DNA of 64,000 bases from Candidatus Atabeyarchaeum deiterrae (GTDB lineage: Archaea; Asgardarchaeota; Atabeyarchaeia; Atabeyarchaeales; Atabeyarchaeaceae), in assembly GCA_037310415.1 (NCBI GenBank), contig CP147780.1:1120001-1184000 (forward strand). Reading direction: 5' to 3'. How positions within the stretch are numbered: the stretch's first letter is position 1; each line of letters opens with the position of its first letter. The translations under genes were made by a program, and so were the position numbers. The notes below the pieces were generated by a model. That model was not told where the DNA came from. It saw only the letters and a program-made list of their open reading frames with translations, and searched no databases. This document shows, in pieces, positions 57,748-64,000 of the stretch.

Positions 57748-59001
57748 GTGGGTCGAAAAGAGCAGTTCCTGAGAAAACTGGAGGACGATGAACTCCTCGA
57801 GTTAGCCAAGATCGCATCACAGACACCAGTCACAGACCGAACGAGCAGAAAAGACCTGCTCAAAATAGTCAAATCATCATTCAGCATAGACGAAATGAAG
57901 GGGAAGACCTGGCAGGCGAGGGAAGCGATCTGGAACCGCCGCAGGCAAAGAAAATCCATCGAGCTTACTCTCACCAAAACTGAGACATCCAGCAAAGTCG
58001 ACGGCAGGAATCTCCCAAGATTAGCTGGCTCGACTTCAGAGATCCCTCCCGGCGGCAGAACAGGTAGGAGTGTGGTGTCGGGGATCGCTGAGCGGTCCCT
58101 CAGCATTGAGGAGAGAAATTCGAAAGCTAAGCAGATTCGCGCAAGAGAGAATAGAAGAACGAAGACGGTAAACCCGTTCCGCACCAGACGACCATTGCTG
58201 ATCTCTGTTGCAGCAATCACAATTGCAGCCACGCTCTTCATGAGTTGGCTGGCGGCTACAATGCCCCCACCACAAGCAGCCTGGAACAAGACGTATGGTG
58301 GAACTGGATACGATGCTGCGCGTTCCGTTCAGCAGACTTCAGATGGCGGGTATATCCTGGCGGGTTACACGTCTTCCTTTGGCGCCGGTGGCTATGACTT
58401 TTGGCTTGTGAAGACTGATGGTAGCGGGAACCAGCAGTGGAACAAAACGTATGGTGGAGCCAGCGATGACGGGGCGCGTTCCGTTCAGCAGACTTCAGAT
58501 GGCGGGTACGTCGTGGCGGGTTACACAACTTCCTTTGGCGCCGGTGGCTATGACTTTTGGCTTGTGAAGACTGATGGTAGCGGGAACCAGCAGTGGAACA
58601 AAACGTATGGTGGAACCGGATACGATTCAGCGCAATCCGTTCAGCAGACTTCAGATGGCGGGTATGTCATGGCAGGAGGCACATTTCTCTCTGGTGCCAG
58701 CTTCGCCGATTTCTGCCTTGTGAAGACTGATGGTAGCGGGAACCAGCAGTGGAATAAGACGTATGGCGGAGCCGTTCACGATTCAGCGTATTCCGTTCAG
58801 CAGACCAGTGATGGCGGGTACATTGTGGCGGGGCTCACGTGGTCCTTCGGTGCTGGTGGTGATGACTTCTGGCTTGTGAAGACTTACGGAGAGAACGGAG
58901 CTGTAGAAAGGACCGCGGTGATTTTCGTCGTAGGCACGGTTGCAGCGGCGGCTTGCATCATTCTCGGTGCTTGGTGGGATGATAAGCAGCGGGCAATATG
59001 A
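57748..59001 (+). CDS. Paralog of 46406: two helical N-domains, TM, four TxDGGY repeats, TM
   Basis: N-terminus aligns with the 46406 protein; WNKTYGG...QQTSDGGY repeats. Confidence 0.82.
   Translation: MGRKEQFLRKLEDDELLELAKIASQTPVTDRTSRKDLLKIVKSSFSIDEMKGKTWQAREAIWNRRRQRKSIELTLTKTETSSKVDGRNLPRLAGSTSEIPPGGRTGRSVVSGIAERSLSIEERNSKAKQIRARENRRTKTVNPFRTRRPLLISVAAITIAATLFMSWLAATMPPPQAAWNKTYGGTGYDAARSVQQTSDGGYILAGYTSSFGAGGYDFWLVKTDGSGNQQWNKTYGGASDDGARSVQQTSDGGYVVAGYTTSFGAGGYDFWLVKTDGSGNQQWNKTYGGTGYDSAQSVQQTSDGGYVMAGGTFLSGASFADFCLVKTDGSGNQQWNKTYGGAVHDSAYSVQQTSDGGYIVAGLTWSFGAGGDDFWLVKTYGENGAVERTAVIFVVGTVAAAACIILGAWWDDKQRAI
58282..58884 (+). repeat. Intragenic tandem repeat, 156-bp unit, about 3.9 copies
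   Basis: TGGAA(C/T)AA(G/A)ACGTATGG recurs at 58282, 58438, 58594, 58750 with long identical stretches. Confidence 0.92.
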
Positions 59002-59334
59002 TGGATCATACTTGCGGTAGATATCCCCATGAGTGCATCGTGCATCAATGCTCGATAATGGGTCGTTGACAAATGGAATGTTGAGTCAAACCTTCTACCG
59101 ATACTTCTCTGACCGACACTTCTGATTCCGCGCAGGTTATCGAGATCCAGGCGTAGACTGCGCTTCCTAACACGGTTGCGAACTCAGGTTCTTGACCCCC
59201 ATTGCTATGAAGTTCTCATATGAGTTTTCACCCTGACAGGAGTGAAACCCAATGAAGAGCTCCTAATGTACTCGCGAGAGAGACGGTGATGATGAAACCC
59301 AAGAACTACAAATGTCCACCTATGACTGCGTAAC

Positions 59335-60240
59335 TCAGGGCCCTGAATCCTCTGGCTCGCAAAGCAGCTTGACTTTATCCTCCGGAGCAGTTAATGAACC
59401 AGAGAATATTAGTTGGAGTGTGAATCTATCGATGGACTTCGGCTTTCTGCTTAGACAATTATCTATGTAAAGAAGAGCCACGTGAAGTCTCCCCAGATCA
59501 GGGATCGTATTCGATTTCTGAATTGCCTCCATCAAGAACTTAACCCAGTCTGAGAAGTGTTGATGGAGAAACCGCTTAAACAGTACGCTTATTGACACCT
59601 TTCTATCAGATGAAAACTCTTCAACAGGATACCCTGGATCTTTCTTCTCATCAAACCCTATCAAGGACTTCCCATTGACGGTAACATTAATAGCTCTAAT
59701 GTAGTTTAGATCATCCGAGTAGCCACGCGGAAGAGTTCGTGTCTTTTCTATGGCATCCTCTTCTCTCTTCACCTGTTTGCGGACTGTCTCCTGTTCAGAC
59801 TTGATCAAGCTATCTAGAACCAACTCGAAGTTCCTGAAATCTATCGTTGAAGCGGTTTTGTCATTCTTAGCTCGCTCCCCATACATTGCTCTGAAAACTT
59901 CACTAATTCTTCTCAACGTTCTGTCCATCACTTTTTCATCATCACTCTTGTCTCCCGCCAGAACGAAAATGAGGTTCCCAAACTCTCGGACCTGCAGCTT
60001 CACATCCTCAGTTGAAAGAGAATACGAAGAACCTATGCGCGCAATCTTCTTGAATTCTCCACTGCTTGTACTTAGCTCTCCCAGAAATGATGTCAGGGCG
60101 CTCATGTAACCAGAGAAGAGCTCATTGCCAACATCGTGTTCTCTATAGTAGCTAAAGACTGACATCCCTGAGTCCCTTGCAATGACCCATAATCCACGGA
60201 TATGGTGCTGGGATTGGGTTGTTTCGGTTGGGCTGGGCAT
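59335..60240 (-). CDS. Longin-like domain protein (eukaryotic-signature type)
   Basis: I..LWVI...SG..VF......LFSG..SAL..F..E...LIFVL...D......L..I...F...Y......F..F. Confidence 0.7.
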   Translation of the reverse strand: MPSPTETTQSQHHIRGLWVIARDSGMSVFSYYREHDVGNELFSGYMSALTSFLGELSTSSGEFKKIARIGSSYSLSTEDVKLQVREFGNLIFVLAGDKSDDEKVMDRTLRRISEVFRAMYGERAKNDKTASTIDFRNFELVLDSLIKSEQETVRKQVKREEDAIEKTRTLPRGYSDDLNYIRAINVTVNGKSLIGFDEKKDPGYPVEEFSSDRKVSISVLFKRFLHQHFSDWVKFLMEAIQKSNTIPDLGRLHVALLYIDNCLSRKPKSIDRFTLQLIFSGSLTAPEDKVKLLCEPEDSGP

Positions 60241-60475
60241 TTTCCTGCCTCAAATTTGTTTTTCTGTATTTCTTACGGTCTTTCTCTAAGGGTAGAGCGT
60301 ATGGTTTTAGACGTGATATATAAAGTCTGCGTGAGACATTTTACTTTTTTTGGTTTGCATTTTCCTGTTATTGATGCATGTTTCGTGGATTTCAGTGTTA
60401 GCGTTACAGTCTCGGGATTGAACCGAACGAAGCCTGGAAGCTCTCTGGTCATTTTGTCGCATGCGGGCAATTGGT

Positions 60476-62887
60476 CTATGTGTCTCGTCGGTACTCGTGC
60501 GCTAAAGCTACTCTCTTCACATAATCCTTTGGAAGCATCATAAGTGCTGCCAGCGCCAACACTACTATTACTAGTTGAACCGGTATTGGCGTCAAGACGT
60601 TTTGTATGCCAAAAATACACAGAATAGTAGCGAAACACAAATCCAGGAGAAGTGCAGCGAGAAGCGTTTTGCTTGGCTTCGAGTTCCAGAATCTTCTCCT
60701 TTCACGTACTATGAATACGTCCGTTACACCAGTCACCATAAGCATATAGAACACGAAAGTGTGCAGCTGATCAATGCCAAGACTGAAAAACCCAAGGGCT
60801 AGAAACAATCCCGCGAACATCTCAACCAGCACTACTGAGGTTATGGCCAGCGCTGCTTTGGTCATCTTATCAATCTCCCACTTGTCAGGTTGGCGTGATG
60901 AAGTAACGTTGTCTGTGGCAAGTGAAATTGTTATGAAGTCAGTCAGAAATAGCAGTAGTATAAGCTGAGGAGTCGTGGTGACAAGTATCCCGAGAATGAA
61001 GAATGCTGTTGAGAGGAAGACAGACAGTTGAAAGGTCTTAACTATCTTATTGATTATCCATGTGTACATTCTCTGGAATGCTTCTCTCCCAGTCTTAACG
61101 AGATCAACTATCCCTGACAAGCCTTCCTTGGTCAAGACAACACTAGCCGCTGCTCTTGCAGCATCTGTTGCATTCTTAACTGCTGTGCCTACCTCAGCTT
61201 GCTTGAGCGCTGGCGCATCGTTGACGCCGTCGCCCGTCATCCCCACTATGTGCCCATTTGACTGTAGACTCTTCACTATTGTTAGCTTATCCTCTGGGTA
61301 AACTTCAGCAAAAACGTCGCATTTGTCAATCTCTTTTCTGATGCCTTTGCGAACTTTCCCCGTTCGGCACGCCTGCCCACCTATTTTAACTTCATCCGCT
61401 ATGGCGGTTGCTATCGGCGCAATGTCTCCTGTCAACATCTTAACATTTATCCCGAGCGACCTCAGCTCAGCGACAAGTTTACGTGAGTCTCTCCGGGGTC
61501 TATCTGTGATCGGTACAAACCCAGCGATCCTTGTTCGACCTTGCTCCTCGACGGCGACCGCTATTACTCTAAGGCCTCCAGCTGAGAGTTCTTCAACTTT
61601 TCGCCAGTAGATTTTCTTCGTTTCATCATCCACCCCAGCAAGATCCAAGAGTATACGTGGAGCACCCTTCATGACCCGAAATATGTCACCATTTGACTTC
61701 TCCGCTGTCGCCTCGGTTCTCCTCGTCGAGGGATCAAAGGAAGTGAACTTGGTGACTCTGTATCCCTTTCCATCAAGACCTAGGGATCTAGCGTATTTTA
61801 TGATTGCGACATCGATGGGATCCTGTGAAGCCTCTTCGGAGGCCAGCATTGCCAGCAACGCAACCTGACCTCGGTCGAACCCTTTCATTGGAGCTGGTTC
61901 CACGACGGATAACTTGTTCTCAGTTATCGTTCCTGTCTTATCAGTGCACACAGTTGTCATTGTTGCTGCATCCTCTACAGCGGTCATCCTAGTCACAAGA
62001 ACGCCACTTCGAAAGAGTTTCAGGGCACCTACTGCCATTGTAACGGTAAACATCGCTGGTAGGGCTATGGGCACTGAAGAAACAAGTAACATTAGGACGA
62101 AGCTTAGGATCTCTGGAAAACTCAATTCTATGAAGATTGAATAGACCACCACGCAGACTGTTATGACGAAGACTACCAATAATATGTACTTGACGACATT
62201 GGCTATTAGGCTTTCAACATGAGACTTCGCTTTCGCCATCTTCACAAGGGTAATTGTTTTTCCATAGTACGTTCTCGAACCAGTTGAGAATACGAGACCT
62301 TTAGCCTCATTTCTCTTCACAATGGATCCTGCGTAGACAACTCCGCCGGCTCCCTTGTCTGATGGTATTGATTCGCCGGTCAGGGACGACTGATCAACCA
62401 AGATTCGACCTTCGGTGAGTTTCATGTCAGCGGGTATTATGTCGCCATTTCTGAGGCTGACGATGTCTCCGGGCACGATTTCCCTTGTTGGCTTCACAGT
62501 CCATTTTCCATCCCTTAGGACTTTCACGTATGCGACGAGCCTACTTTTCAAGATTTCAACTGCCTGTTCAGATCTCGACTCCTGAGAAAAACCTATGATC
62601 GCGTTCAGAATAAGCAATGCGACAACCAGGAGCATGTTGATTGTCTGGTTGAGAAAGTAGCTCATTGCCGCCACAGCTTCAAGCATCCATGCAGTAGGGC
62701 CCCAAAACCTCCTCAGGAAGGTAATGACGCGGCTTGCCTTTTTTTCTTCTACTTCATTGTAACCATAACTAAAGATCCTTTGGTAAGCCTCTTTACTTGT
62801 CAGTCCTCTCGACGAAGATCTCAGCGTCTTGAATGCTGTTTCGGCGCTAATTGATTCAAGTTTCCTTATGTCACGCTTCATAGTCAA
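60476..62887 (-). CDS. P-type ATPase, type IIIA plasma-membrane H+ pump
   Basis: LTGES, PIALP, DKTGT, KGAP, MLTGD, GDGVNDAPALK, TM6 LTDF. Confidence 0.92.
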   Translation of the reverse strand: MTMKRDIRKLESISAETAFKTLRSSSRGLTSKEAYQRIFSYGYNEVEEKKASRVITFLRRFWGPTAWMLEAVAAMSYFLNQTINMLLVVALLILNAIIGFSQESRSEQAVEILKSRLVAYVKVLRDGKWTVKPTREIVPGDIVSLRNGDIIPADMKLTEGRILVDQSSLTGESIPSDKGAGGVVYAGSIVKRNEAKGLVFSTGSRTYYGKTITLVKMAKAKSHVESLIANVVKYILLVVFVITVCVVVYSIFIELSFPEILSFVLMLLVSSVPIALPAMFTVTMAVGALKLFRSGVLVTRMTAVEDAATMTTVCTDKTGTITENKLSVVEPAPMKGFDRGQVALLAMLASEEASQDPIDVAIIKYARSLGLDGKGYRVTKFTSFDPSTRRTEATAEKSNGDIFRVMKGAPRILLDLAGVDDETKKIYWRKVEELSAGGLRVIAVAVEEQGRTRIAGFVPITDRPRRDSRKLVAELRSLGINVKMLTGDIAPIATAIADEVKIGGQACRTGKVRKGIRKEIDKCDVFAEVYPEDKLTIVKSLQSNGHIVGMTGDGVNDAPALKQAEVGTAVKNATDAARAAASVVLTKEGLSGIVDLVKTGREAFQRMYTWIINKIVKTFQLSVFLSTAFFILGILVTTTPQLILLLFLTDFITISLATDNVTSSRQPDKWEIDKMTKAALAITSVVLVEMFAGLFLALGFFSLGIDQLHTFVFYMLMVTGVTDVFIVRERRRFWNSKPSKTLLAALLLDLCFATILCIFGIQNVLTPIPVQLVIVVLALAALMMLPKDYVKRVALAHEYRRDT

Positions 62888-63066
62888 ATTGCACTCTTTC
62901 TTGACGATGGTGTAACATTACCCGAGTAGCCCAGTATATAAGCAAAGACCTCGGAAAGTTCTTAAAACATCTGCAAGATAACCAACATGAAGATAAGAAA
63001 ACTATCTTCGAATTCATGCCACAGTGGAAGCACGTGCGTAACGATGAAAATGGAGTGTGAAAAAAA

Positions 63067-64000
63067 GTGAGTGAAGATATCGCCCTTTTTGCACTCGACC
63101 GCGCTCAGAAGAAGGATGGCGTCACCTACGCAGAGGTAAGAGCTGAGAAGAGAGTCGGAAATGCAGTCGTGATCAAGAATGCCATGATCGATGCGATAGA
63201 ATATGAGGAAGAAGAAGGTCTGTGTGTCAGGATGCTTACAAACCAAGGCATAGGCTTCGCATCGACAAATACCCTAGCGAAAGATGAAGTCGGAGATCTG
63301 GTTGACACCGCTTTCAAAATGGCGCGGTCATCACGTAGAAAGAACCCAATAGTATTCGCAAAGGAGCAGGGCATCGAAACGAAGTGGGCAATGGAGCAGA
63401 AGATTAAGTTGGCTGATGTTTCAGCCGAGCAGCGTGTGAAAGACATAATTGAGATAGACAACTACTTGCTTTCGATTGGCGTTAACATTCCTGGCAGAAT
63501 CATCCAACTCGCTGATACTGTATCTGAAAAATACATCTGCACCACCGAGGGATCCAGAATATCCTCAGTTCTACCTAGAATCTTTGCAGTTGCATACGTA
63601 ACCATTGAAGAGGACGGGCAAAATGAGATGGCTTACCGAGACTACGGTTACACTGGCGGATGGGAGGGTCTTGAGCAACTAGACATCGGCGAAACACTGG
63701 GAAAAGATGCACTGTCACTTAAGAAAACGATACGAGAAGGAAAGAAGTTACAGGAGGGAAAAATGGATCTCATCTGCGGCCCAGAGGTAACGGGGATAGC
63801 ATCCCATGAATCCTGCGGTCACCCCATGGAAGCAGACAGGATAATCGGACGAGAAATGAGCCAAGCGGGAAAGTCCTTTGTCTCCAAGGATCTACTTGGT
63901 CAGCGGATAGGCTCCGATGTGGTGACAATAATAGATGACCCTACGATTCCTCACAGCTCAGGTTACTACTTGTATGACGACGAGGGCGTGAAGGCAAGGC
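63067..64000 (+). CDS. tldD: TldD/PmbA family metalloprotease (runs off the window end)
   Basis: Manual translation from GTG 63067: YAEVR...G..VR....G.GFASTN...HESCGHPMEADR...DDPT...G.Y.YDDEG. Confidence 0.9.
   Translation, partial: MSEDIALFALDRAQKKDGVTYAEVRAEKRVGNAVVIKNAMIDAIEYEEEEGLCVRMLTNQGIGFASTNTLAKDEVGDLVDTAFKMARSSRRKNPIVFAKEQGIETKWAMEQKIKLADVSAEQRVKDIIEIDNYLLSIGVNIPGRIIQLADTVSEKYICTTEGSRISSVLPRIFAVAYVTIEEDGQNEMAYRDYGYTGGWEGLEQLDIGETLGKDALSLKKTIREGKKLQEGKMDLICGPEVTGIASHESCGHPMEADRIIGREMSQAGKSFVSKDLLGQRIGSDVVTIIDDPTIPHSSGYYLYDDEGVKAR

Noticed and set aside
57210-57772. Short ORFs between the protease and propeller genes
   Set aside because: No recognisable motifs, and they overlap in conflicting frames.
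58282-58884. CRISPR array
   Set aside because: The units are 156-bp in-frame coding repeats with no unique spacers, and there are no cas genes.
54170-59330. Integrated mobile element
   Set aside because: No integrase, transposase, att site or terminal repeats seen; only lower coding density.
59286-59346. C/D box sRNA (ATGATGA...CTGA)
   Set aside because: No convincing D'/C' pair or terminal stem, and the D box falls inside the opposite-strand gene.

Overview
Gene-dense archaeal chromosome segment with many TTG/GTG starts, GGAGG/GGTG ribosome-binding sites and TATA-type promoters. Marker genes include a proteasome alpha subunit, RNase HII, a GTPBP1-like GTPase, AlaX, TRAM and thiolase/DUF35. 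A longin-domain protein and a small CxxC...H..H protein suggest an Asgard lineage (inference). The content is mainly anaerobic heterotrophic and C1 metabolism: two URO-D-family (MtaA-like) methyltransferases, two corrinoid proteins, beta-oxidation enzymes, an Oah-like ring hydrolase, GH36 alpha-galactosidase with galactokinase, and glycerate kinase with phosphoglycerate mutase. I see no rRNA, tRNA, CRISPR array or transposase. Best candidates for new biology: (1) a DapA-family aldolase lacking the DHDPS-diagnostic Arg and fused to a complete formaldehyde-activating enzyme (Fae), suggesting formaldehyde channelling to H4MPT; (2) an intergenic structured RNA with its own promoter and a bulge-helix-bulge-like splicing-endonuclease motif; (3) two paralogous membrane proteins built as HeH/LEM-like domain, TM, beta-propeller, TM; (4) an orphan arcadin-1 homolog; (5) a long G.U-rich hairpin in the TRAM gene leader. 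All family calls come from motif recognition by eye; no searches were run.
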